64,000 nucleotides of DNA, from NCBI GenBank assembly GCA_041752595.1, contig JBGSWE010000007.1, positions 76,692 to 140,691 of the forward strand, written 5' to 3'. The DNA is from Candidatus Saccharimonadales bacterium. Its GTDB lineage: Bacteria; Patescibacteriota; Saccharimonadia; Saccharimonadales; JACDBH01. Both the position numbers and the translations under genes were made by a program. The notes under the pieces were generated by a model. The model had not been told where the DNA came from, ran no database searches, and saw only the letters and a program-made list of their open reading frames with translations. Positions 51,544-60,088 of this stretch are shown here, in pieces (the first letter of the stretch is position 1; each line of letters begins with the position of its first letter).

Positions 51544-52791
51544 ATGTTTTTAATGAGACAAGATAATAAAAGACAAGATAATCTGATTTACATAACTGTT
51601 TCTGGTTTATTGGGATTAATAATTGGCCTAATATATTTAACATTTGAGTGGTTAGTAAACCGCGGAACAAACTGGCTCTGGAATGATGTTTTAGATACTA
51701 ATACATATCGTTGGAGGGTTATGCCGTTAGCACTTGTTATGAGCATCCTACTGACGATAGTAATTAAAGTATTTAACCAAAAACGCGTTTTAAAGCCGCC
51801 TGCAAATCTTCTTGATGAGATAGAAGACATCAAAAAAACGACCATAGTAAAAATAATAACTATTCTCGTCATTGGCTTACTAAGCTTGCTAGCAGGTGCG
51901 TCTCTTGGACCCGAGGCAGCTCTAGTTGCTGCTTCAATTGGCTTAGCTACTTGGTTAAGTCAAATATTGAACGTACTAAAAAAGCCAATTTCTTTTGTAT
52001 TTATAATAAGTAGTTTAGGCGCATTATTGGCTGCGTTCTTTCATTCTGTTTTACCTATTTTTATTCCAATACTAATTTTAAAAAAGAAAAACCAGCTTAA
52101 TGCATTAAATTTATCTGTAACTATAGTGTCAGGATTAGCTTCTTGGTTTACTATAAATATAATTAAGAATGAAGCATATCTAGAAATTCCAGTTTCTGGA
52201 AGCTTTAGTTTTACTAATCTTGCGCTTGCTAGTATGCTTGGTTTATTAAGTGTTTTACTTGCGATTGCTTTAAAATGGGCTATTCATTTCGCTTTTCCTA
52301 TTGTTAAGAAAATTAATAAAGAATTACCGTGGATAATTAGTGCGATCTTTTTTGGACTGGTACTTGGTATACTTTATTATATCGGTGGACAAACCGTTCA
52401 ATTTAGCGGGTCAGAGGGCATTAATCTACTAGCTCAGAATCCAGCTCAGTATGGCGTAATAGCATTAGTTGGATTAATTATAGTTAAGATATTTGCTACG
52501 TCTTGGTCTACGGTTACGGGTTACCGTGGCGGGCTTGTTTTTCCATCTATATATTCTGGTGTAGTCCTTAGTCTTATTGTTAGTACTGTTTTCAACTTGT
52601 CAGGACAAACTGAAGCCGGTACTGTAATCGGTGCCATAACTGGAATGCTCATGGCAATGACTAACCCAATAATTGGAATTATTCTAGCTTTATCTATGTT
52701 CCCAATTAGCCAAATATCATTAGTGGTGGGTGCGGTAATTGGTGGATTTATCGGTCTGAAACTTACAGCTAAATTAGTGCCGAAAGAATGA
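51544..52791 (+). CDS. polytopic membrane protein, possibly ClC-type anion channel family
   Basis: 10+ TMs; GxxxGPE and GGLVFPS motifs reminiscent of ClC; weak. Confidence 0.4.
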   Translation: MFLMRQDNKRQDNLIYITVSGLLGLIIGLIYLTFEWLVNRGTNWLWNDVLDTNTYRWRVMPLALVMSILLTIVIKVFNQKRVLKPPANLLDEIEDIKKTTIVKIITILVIGLLSLLAGASLGPEAALVAASIGLATWLSQILNVLKKPISFVFIISSLGALLAAFFHSVLPIFIPILILKKKNQLNALNLSVTIVSGLASWFTINIIKNEAYLEIPVSGSFSFTNLALASMLGLLSVLLAIALKWAIHFAFPIVKKINKELPWIISAIFFGLVLGILYYIGGQTVQFSGSEGINLLAQNPAQYGVIALVGLIIVKIFATSWSTVTGYRGGLVFPSIYSGVVLSLIVSTVFNLSGQTEAGTVIGAITGMLMAMTNPIIGIILALSMFPISQISLVVGAVIGGFIGLKLTAKLVPKE

Positions 52792-53846
52792 TGAAAAATA
52801 CAAAGCCAAAAGTAACTAAAAAACGGAAATCGATTTTAAAAAAACGAATATTTTCTGTTTTAACCTACTTTATACCGTTGCTATTTATGTACTGGTTTTT
52901 CTTTGTTTTATTGCCCTCGGAGATCGACTTAGAATCACTAAAGGCAACGTTGCAAGGTCTTTCAATAACCGAACATATAGTTTTACTATTTGCTGGAATA
53001 TTAAGCATTTTTGCCGTAGGCTGGACTGCTGCTACTGTTTTACCAGGTATAAAAATAACCAAGGCAACTCAAGCTTCAGTAGTAAGCCAACTTACGGCAG
53101 TAATATTACCCCCTCCTGCGGATATGGCTATACGATTTGGAATGTATAAGACATACAATTTTCCTGTTGATCGTTCTGCTGTTGCAGTAATATTATCTGG
53201 AATTGCGCGCTATTTTACAGTCGTAGCTATTCCTATTTTGGGTTTAGTTGCACTAATTATTTCAGGAGATAGAAGCAGTAGTGCTGCTCTTTGGTTAATA
53301 ATTGCTTGTGCAGTCCTTTTGGGTGCGTTATGGTTAATGAAAAGCATAATAACTAACAAAAATTCAGCACGTAAAATTGGTAAACTCACCCAAAGATTAC
53401 TAAATAAAATACGTAAAATTCTTCATAAAAAACCAGTAACTGATTTAGAAAATAGTGTTGTAGATTTTGGTGAGAATTCTAAAGATGTAGTGCTCAATCA
53501 TTTTTGGCAGATTACAATATCAAATATCGCATGGGGTTTATCTTGCTATTTGATTTTGCTTTTAGCAACCAGATTTTGCGGTATAGACTCCAGTATCATG
53601 AGTGATGCATACCTCTTATTTATTACTGGTTTGATGTTACTGCTAAATAGTTTGCCTATCCCTGGAAGTGGCGCAGGCATAACAGAAACAATTCTTCTTA
53701 CAAATATGTATTTCCCTAACGAACAAGTTCAAACGGCTTTCACGGCAGCCTTGCTATTATACCGACTTTATACTTGGGTTTTACCATTCCCTATAGGCAG
53801 TGTTGCTTACTTTACATGGCGCTATCAAATTCGTAATAGATACTAG
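52788..53846 (+). CDS. UPF0104 / lysylphosphatidylglycerol-synthase-TM-like (MprF flippase-like) membrane protein
   Basis: 8 TMs, LPIPGSGAGITETI motif shared with C-terminal domain of 56878..59247 product. Confidence 0.55.
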   Translation: MMKNTKPKVTKKRKSILKKRIFSVLTYFIPLLFMYWFFFVLLPSEIDLESLKATLQGLSITEHIVLLFAGILSIFAVGWTAATVLPGIKITKATQASVVSQLTAVILPPPADMAIRFGMYKTYNFPVDRSAVAVILSGIARYFTVVAIPILGLVALIISGDRSSSAALWLIIACAVLLGALWLMKSIITNKNSARKIGKLTQRLLNKIRKILHKKPVTDLENSVVDFGENSKDVVLNHFWQITISNIAWGLSCYLILLLATRFCGIDSSIMSDAYLLFITGLMLLLNSLPIPGSGAGITETILLTNMYFPNEQVQTAFTAALLLYRLYTWVLPFPIGSVAYFTWRYQIRNRY

Positions 53847-53902
53847 TAAATTACTTTGATGCTATTTTGTAATCTCATAAATTTTTATATAGTAATAGTG
53901 TC

Positions 53903-54166
53903 ATGACTACAAAAGAAATATCTGAAGGGGTTGCGCATAAACTTCCAGACGATCTAAATCAAGCTTTATTGTCTGATGAATCTGCGCTGGAACGTTGGGA
54001 AGATCTAACACCACTTGCGCGAAATGAATGGATTTGTTGGACGGTTACAACAAAGATGACAGAAACAAGAAAAAATCATATTGAACGTACACTTACAGAA
54101 TTACTTGCCGGCAAGCGTAGACCTTGTTGTTGGGCTGGATGTAATCATCGAACTAAGAATAGTTAG
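53903..54166 (+). CDS. YdeI/OmpD-associated family protein
   Basis: LTPLARNEWICWTV...ETR..HIERTL.EL signature. Confidence 0.6.
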   Translation: MTTKEISEGVAHKLPDDLNQALLSDESALERWEDLTPLARNEWICWTVTTKMTETRKNHIERTLTELLAGKRRPCCWAGCNHRTKNS

Positions 54167-54485
54167 TTTTCTTAGTTCTCGGAAAATATACCTTGCCGAC
54201 TACACTTTCGGTTGATATCCATCCATATGTTCTACTGTCAGTACTTTTGTTTGAATTATCTCCCAGTAGATATAGTTTGTCTTCTTTAATTTCATTGATA
54301 CGCTTTATTTTTTCTAAATCGTTATGCCTAAATATTACTACATCTGAGGGCTTTAGTTTTTTTGAAGATATTACCAACACTATTTGCCCGTGTTTTAGAC
54401 ATGGCAACATGCTGTCGCCCTCAACACGCCTTAACGAAATCATTTTAATGCGTATGGTCTGATGGCTTGTTGCTAGCCTCGGCAA
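54153..54485 (-). CDS. sodX: S26-type signal-peptidase-like Ni-SOD maturation protease
   Basis: GDSMLP Ser-nucleophile motif, immediately downstream of sodN with overlapping reading frames. Confidence 0.7.
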   Translation of the reverse strand: MPRLATSHQTIRIKMISLRRVEGDSMLPCLKHGQIVLVISSKKLKPSDVVIFRHNDLEKIKRINEIKEDKLYLLGDNSNKSTDSRTYGWISTESVVGKVYFPRTKKTNYS

Positions 54486-54867
54486 ACATATGACCGATTT
54501 CGTGAACTAAATCAACTAGCTTCTGTGCTTCGTCTTTTGATACTGTTTGCTTAACCTTACCGCACTGTTTGGCAGCCATCCAAAAATCATTGTGCAGGTT
54601 TGGAAATTTTTCTAAGTGTTCAGGTTTAAAGAAATCACTCCACAAAACATATAGTTGATCCTTACATAGTTGGGAATGTTTTTCTTTAGTAGTTACCATT
54701 CTAGTAAAATTATTGTGCTTATCGACACTGTCTAATTCACCTAACTCTTCTATTTTTTCAACCATTTTTAGTGCGGTTGCAGCAGCATGTGTCATAGTAT
54801 TAGTTTCGTATATGCCACATGGAACATCGCAATGCGCGTAAACTGATTTAAGTTTGAATATTTTCAT
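54445..54867 (-). CDS. sodN: nickel superoxide dismutase precursor
   Basis: Propeptide then Ni-hook HCDVPCGIY; VLWSDFFKP motif. Confidence 0.9.
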   Translation of the reverse strand: MKIFKLKSVYAHCDVPCGIYETNTMTHAAATALKMVEKIEELGELDSVDKHNNFTRMVTTKEKHSQLCKDQLYVLWSDFFKPEHLEKFPNLHNDFWMAAKQCGKVKQTVSKDEAQKLVDLVHEIGHMFAEASNKPSDHTH

Positions 54868-54982
54868 ATATTTGGCTCCTTAGTTTCTATAACGAAGTAT
54901 AACTCATTAATGCGTAGAAGGTCGTAATATTAATTACTATTTGCAATTCGCTATCATTGATTGTATGAGTTAAAATAATAAT

Positions 54983-55852
54983 ATGAATAGTTATTCTTTG
55001 AAAGAGTTAAAAGTAATATTAAAATCACTCGGTGTTAGTGGTCTTGGAATGCGCACCCCGGAGGTTAAAGAATTAGCAAACATATTAAGACCTAACGAGC
55101 ATCTTGGTGGAGTACTTTATGGTAGACATGCTTCGGGCTTTGCCTGGTTGGTTGCAACCGATAGTAGAATCATATTCCTAAACAAAAAACCTTTTTATAC
55201 AAAAACTGACGAAATAACTTATGAAGTTGTATCAGGGATTAACAGCACCCAAGCCGGATTATTTACTACAGTTGTATTACATACACGGATAGAAGATTAC
55301 GTTATGCGCTATGTGAAAACGAAATGTGCGGAAATATTTGTAAAATACATAGAAACTCGACAACTAGTTACATATGGCGGTGAAACAATAAGCCATACTG
55401 ACAATAATCAAATAGAGTCTGAAACAAAAGTTCATAATTTTACCGATGAAGCAATAAATTACTTAAAGAATCATGATATGGCTGTTATATCTACAGTTGA
55501 TAGAACTGGTAATGTTTTTGGTGCGGTCGTATATTATACGGTTGATCAAAACAATAATATTTATATACTTACTAAATCTCGCTCAAGCAAAGACCGAAAC
55601 ATTTACGCCCACAGCCAAGTTGCATTAACTGTTTACGAAGCCGGTACAGAAGAAACGGTTCAACTACAAGGAATGGCCGAAACCGAAACTAATCAAAAGA
55701 TTAGGCAGAGTGTTTTTGATTTAATGATCAAGCCAAGACAATACAATAAGGTTAAGGAGTTGCCACCAGTTACTAAACTACACGACGGTTCATTTACTAT
55801 AATTAGAATTACCCCTACAACCATCAACTACACCGATTACTCAAAAATATAA
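54983..55852 (+). CDS. two-domain protein: bacterial PH-like N-terminus + pyridoxamine-5'-phosphate-oxidase-like split barrel
   Basis: Loose motif resemblance only. Confidence 0.45.
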   Translation: MNSYSLKELKVILKSLGVSGLGMRTPEVKELANILRPNEHLGGVLYGRHASGFAWLVATDSRIIFLNKKPFYTKTDEITYEVVSGINSTQAGLFTTVVLHTRIEDYVMRYVKTKCAEIFVKYIETRQLVTYGGETISHTDNNQIESETKVHNFTDEAINYLKNHDMAVISTVDRTGNVFGAVVYYTVDQNNNIYILTKSRSSKDRNIYAHSQVALTVYEAGTEETVQLQGMAETETNQKIRQSVFDLMIKPRQYNKVKELPPVTKLHDGSFTIIRITPTTINYTDYSKI

Positions 55853-55869
55853 TATTTATTTTCGAAATT

Positions 55870-55900
55870 TAAAAGAGGCACACGGACGTGCCTCTTTTAT
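55870..55900. terminator. bidirectional Rho-independent terminator
   Basis: aaa-agaggcac-acggac-gtgcctct-tttt. Confidence 0.8.
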
Positions 55901-56070
55901 TGAACACTGCGGAAGATTTGCACCCACAGATGTAGCCTACGAACTAAATAACTTGACTCGAACTATCGAACTTGTTTGGCTACATATACTAATGTGCTGT
56001 ATCACTTGATCTTCCGATTAATAATTTATCAAACCTTAAATCAATCGTCAATACTAAATTAAAATTAATT

Positions 56071-56838
56071 TTAACCGGCTAAAGTACCGGCAAATATTTG
56101 CCAGGCTAGTAATGATTTAGCTACTAGACTAAGGATAATATAGGTTTTCTCACCACGTAAGTAATTACCCCATTTACCTTTTGCTCTGTATTGCTTGTAC
56201 TGCACTATCGCAAAGCAGTTGAAGAACACAAATAGAGATACTACTATTCCGTAGACAAACCCAGGAGGAGCAGCATCTGGCGGACCACCGGGTGAAAGTA
56301 GCTGGATAACAATAATAATCCAAGGGATTATTCCAGCAATACAGCCAAAGATGAATGGCAGCCATTGTCCGTCACCAGGATTTGCGAACTGTTCCTGGAG
56401 CCAACCAAACAAAATCATAGAAACGTTTACACCAAATATCGCTAATAGGGCAGCATAATCACTTATGCCATTTAACTGTGCAATCACAAATATCATCACC
56501 GAAGAACTAAGTGAATATTCAACCCATCTAAAAATATTGCGGTTTTGCTTTAGGCCTTCAGAATATTTAGGGAAAAACTTGTTTGATGCAACTAGGAAAT
56601 GGAAGAACGCCGATAAGCCCAGGAATAGAGCTATTAAATAACTAGTATTTGTATTAAACAGCGTAATAGGGTCTGCAAAAGTAGTTCCGGGAGGACCGGT
56701 CAAGTATGTGGCAGTTACTGGTAGTGAAAAATCGTTAGAAAGCACCACAACTGCAATTAGTGAAACAAGATGCAACAGGCCGGCTGCGATGTTCCATTTT
56801 CGTAATGGCTTAATTTGTTTATCTGTAAGTTTATTCAT
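56071..56838 (-). CDS. heliorhodopsin (7-TM retinal protein, inverted topology family)
   Basis: 255 aa, 7 TMs. Motifs matching heliorhodopsins: NIFRWVEYSLSSSVMI (counterion Glu), ILFGWLQE, KGKWGNYLRGE, TM7 Lys in LSLVAKSLLAWQIF; His in TM1 and TM2. Confidence 0.8.
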   Translation of the reverse strand: MNKLTDKQIKPLRKWNIAAGLLHLVSLIAVVVLSNDFSLPVTATYLTGPPGTTFADPITLFNTNTSYLIALFLGLSAFFHFLVASNKFFPKYSEGLKQNRNIFRWVEYSLSSSVMIFVIAQLNGISDYAALLAIFGVNVSMILFGWLQEQFANPGDGQWLPFIFGCIAGIIPWIIIVIQLLSPGGPPDAAPPGFVYGIVVSLFVFFNCFAIVQYKQYRAKGKWGNYLRGEKTYIILSLVAKSLLAWQIFAGTLAG

Positions 56839-56877
56839 AATTAAATGATAACACGCTTATTATTTAATATTGATAAA

Positions 56878-59247
56878 TTAAATATATTCTTTTTTAACAG
56901 AATATTGGAACCCAATAAAGCCTGGCAAGATTGGAAGCCAATAGGTAATAAACCTATACAGCAGTGCTATAGATATTGCTAGTTCTGTAGTCATACCAGT
57001 TCCGCTAAGTGCCGCAGCTAGCCCTGCCTCTGCACCACCAATTCCGCCAGGTGTTGGCGTGACTGATGCTGCTGCTACACCAACCGTAAACACAACTATA
57101 ACTTGTATTAATGACAAGCTAGCTCCAAGTGCCAATGCACTCATATATAGCGCACCAGCGTAACTGAGTGTTAATAAAACAGAGGCAATATAGCTACCAA
57201 CCAGTCTAGTGGGGTGTTTTCTGTAATCAACAAATGTATCTTTAGCTGAGATAGTAGTTTTAGTTATTTTTTTGCGTAATCGAGGCATAAAATTAAGTGT
57301 TGTTACTGCAAACACGAAGAACCCTCCTCCAACTAACCAAGCCCATAAAGGAATAGTAATTCTAAAATTAAAAGCTTCAGAAACAGATGTGCTTCCAAAC
57401 AAAATTAGCACTAATAAGATACTGATATGACCCACAAATCCCATAATATTATTGATAGCCGCTATTGAACCAGCCTGAACTAGATTGTGATGATATTTGG
57501 TTAAAAACCTTGCATTGACAGCCAAACCACCAGCACCAGCTGGAGCTAACTTATTAGCAAAGCTACTAGAAAGCTGTATAAGTAACATTCTAAGATATGG
57601 AATTGGGTAAAAAGATAATGATTTATATGCAAAAGACGCCATGACATATGTTAGTAGCGAAAAAAGTATTCCGTAAAATACATAGATTGGATTGGCGTTA
57701 AATATTGCACTTATAGAATCGCGTAATGCTCCTTGGCTATTAATAAAAAAGGTGCCTGCAAAAAATATCACCAAAACTATTAATATACTCTTTATACTAA
57801 ATCTTTGAATTCTTACCTGTTTTTGTTTTTTGAATCCACAGAGTTTTTGTAAAGTACTTTGTAAATCCTCGAGCATGCCCTTGTTTTGTTTTAAGTACTT
57901 TGTTGTTGCGCCAGATAGCGAAGCATAGTGCAAGTAACGACTAGCAGATTTGAGTTGGTCTTTCGACAACACTTTCATTGCGGCTTTTACTGATCTTTCA
58001 ACGCCGACTATTGACGCAGAAGAAGCTAACAACTCAACGATATCCCTATTTTTCGAATCATCGGATAGTCCAACTTCTGAAAATCCAAAATCAATCAGCC
58101 AAGGATTCCCAGATTTATCCAAAAACACATTGGCACAACGTAAATCCCTGTGAACAATATTGTACTTATGAAGTTCTTTTACTAGTTTCCAGATCTCTAC
58201 CATTGTTTTATCTGTTACTAAATTCGGATCAACTTTGTCTAATGATTTACCGTCAATCATTACTTGCGCATGCGCCCATCTATCGGGCAGTGTTTGGAAT
58301 ATGCCCAAAGCCCGCGGAGTACGGATTCCTGATAATAACGCGAGGTTAGAAATATATGCTTCGTGCTCTAGTTGACGTTTTGGATTGAAGAATGGTGTTT
58401 CATCTTCCAGTCTTCGGTAAATGACTTTTCGCCATAGTTTAAATAACCAGTCGGCAACATTATTTTCTTTGCCAACAACTTTAACAAATAATTTTGTACC
58501 ATCAGTAAGCTCAACAAAATAAGGTGTTGAACCCCTTGCATCTACATTTGCAACCTTAACAGTTTTAGCCGTAACGGCTAACTGCTTAATTTTCTCTTTT
58601 ATAACTTCCGGTGGAACAATACTAAACCGCCTTGAGCCTAATGCAAATTCAACTACTGATGCAAAAAATAGTCCAACCAAAAATCCGCCCAATAAATCCA
58701 TAGGAAAATGAACGCCCATATATAACCTAGAAACGCCAACTAGTATTGCAAATATTGTAATTGGTTTATGCCATTTTTTAGGTAAATATTGATAAGCAGT
58801 AAATGCAAGTACAGTTGCAACTGCTGCATGACCAGAGGGAAATCCTAATGATTCAGCAGATAATTCTCTAACGTTTGCGGTTTCGATTAATGCACCTGGA
58901 CGAGCCCTAATATCTAGAAGCTTCAATTGATATGCCGCAAAGTATGCAGAAAAACCAGCAATTAGTATTTTAATAGCGGCAGTATATCGTTTTGTAAAAG
59001 CAACAATTATTGCAACTATCACTACCATCCCTATTGCACCAAACAAATCTATAATGCCAAAAATAGTATAGAAATTATCGTTAAGTGAATTTACTGCAGT
59101 AAATAATGCAGTTTCAACTGGTCCTGCACCACCACTCGCTATTGCAGCAGCCATAATGAATAAAGGTATAGATATTAACGAATACGCCAAATGAACCGGG
59201 CTTCTGTAAGCTCCTAGCCTGTTTTTTATACCTTCTTTTATATTCAA
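56878..59247 (-). CDS. three-domain membrane protein: PAP2 phosphatase + protein-kinase-like (Kdo/WaaP/ePK-like) + UPF0104 (MprF-flippase-like) TM domain
   Basis: PAP2 motifs KX6RP, PSGH, SRX5HX3D; catalytic loop HRDLRCAN and DFG; C-terminal 8-TM region with TPTPGGIGGAEAG. Confidence 0.75.
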   Translation of the reverse strand: MNIKEGIKNRLGAYRSPVHLAYSLISIPLFIMAAAIASGGAGPVETALFTAVNSLNDNFYTIFGIIDLFGAIGMVVIVAIIVAFTKRYTAAIKILIAGFSAYFAAYQLKLLDIRARPGALIETANVRELSAESLGFPSGHAAVATVLAFTAYQYLPKKWHKPITIFAILVGVSRLYMGVHFPMDLLGGFLVGLFFASVVEFALGSRRFSIVPPEVIKEKIKQLAVTAKTVKVANVDARGSTPYFVELTDGTKLFVKVVGKENNVADWLFKLWRKVIYRRLEDETPFFNPKRQLEHEAYISNLALLSGIRTPRALGIFQTLPDRWAHAQVMIDGKSLDKVDPNLVTDKTMVEIWKLVKELHKYNIVHRDLRCANVFLDKSGNPWLIDFGFSEVGLSDDSKNRDIVELLASSASIVGVERSVKAAMKVLSKDQLKSASRYLHYASLSGATTKYLKQNKGMLEDLQSTLQKLCGFKKQKQVRIQRFSIKSILIVLVIFFAGTFFINSQGALRDSISAIFNANPIYVFYGILFSLLTYVMASFAYKSLSFYPIPYLRMLLIQLSSSFANKLAPAGAGGLAVNARFLTKYHHNLVQAGSIAAINNIMGFVGHISILLVLILFGSTSVSEAFNFRITIPLWAWLVGGGFFVFAVTTLNFMPRLRKKITKTTISAKDTFVDYRKHPTRLVGSYIASVLLTLSYAGALYMSALALGASLSLIQVIVVFTVGVAAASVTPTPGGIGGAEAGLAAALSGTGMTTELAISIALLYRFITYWLPILPGFIGFQYSVKKEYI

Positions 59248-59353
59248 TTTAACTCCGATTTTGCATAATTATACCATATTTTTTGTATATTTTTATCCGC
59301 GGTCATAAATTTTTATTTGCGTTAAAAATTATTATAACTAGTACAATTAGTAA

Positions 59354-59806
59354 GTGAATGATCGTATAAAATCTTGGCTATTTGTTGTAGTGCAGGCTGC
59401 TTTGCTTATATTGTTAGTGTTTTTTACGGATACAACTACTAAGCCTCCAGATTCGGTTGTGTTTATTGGTTCAATTCTAAAAGTTATTGGTGGCCTAATT
59501 TTACTAATTAGTTTATATGATTTAAGAAAATCTTTAACCGCTCTGCCACTTCCAGTAAAAAATGGAGTGCTTCAAATACACGGTTTGTACTATTTTGTGC
59601 GCCACCCAATGTATGTAGGTGTACTTACCCTATCTTTAGGCATTGCTGTTTCTGGTGGATCAATTCAAAAATATTTGTTAGTGCTCGGTCTGTTTGTCTT
59701 ATTTCATTACAAAGCAAAGTACGAAGAAAGCTTACTGTTAGTAAAATACCCTAGATACAAAAAGTATATCCAAACAACTCGTCGCTTTATCCCAATCAAA
59801 AAATAA
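59354..59806 (+). CDS. isoprenylcysteine carboxyl methyltransferase (ICMT/PEMT) family membrane methyltransferase
   Basis: VRHPMYVG motif, 4 TMs. Confidence 0.75.
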   Translation: MNDRIKSWLFVVVQAALLILLVFFTDTTTKPPDSVVFIGSILKVIGGLILLISLYDLRKSLTALPLPVKNGVLQIHGLYYFVRHPMYVGVLTLSLGIAVSGGSIQKYLLVLGLFVLFHYKAKYEESLLLVKYPRYKKYIQTTRRFIPIKK

Positions 59807-59808
59807 AT

Positions 59809-60069
59809 CTATTCGCCGTATTTAGACTGAACATGATGTTTGTTAATGCCGTTTATTAGGTTTGTGAAGCCTTTTTCTTTCAAAATGTTTATTGACACAT
59901 TAGATCTACTACCAGAAACGCAATAAAGTACTAGCTCTGTGTCTTTTGGTATGCCACTGAGTTTTTTGGCTCCTGCCATAAGTTCTGAAGGTGGGATATT
60001 AATAGCACCATCTACGTGTCCTGTAGCAAACTCCGAAGGCTCCCTAACGTCTATAATCATTCGTTTCAT
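59809..60069 (-). CDS. single-domain rhodanese-like sulfurtransferase
   Basis: IIDVREPSEF...GH..GAINIP, active-site CVSGSRS; N-terminal extension in ORF track is an antisense artefact of the Gly-codon run. Confidence 0.75.
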   Translation of the reverse strand: MKRMIIDVREPSEFATGHVDGAINIPPSELMAGAKKLSGIPKDTELVLYCVSGSRSNVSINILKEKGFTNLINGINKHHVQSKYGE

Positions 60070-60088
60070 ATAGTTCCTAAATATATTA

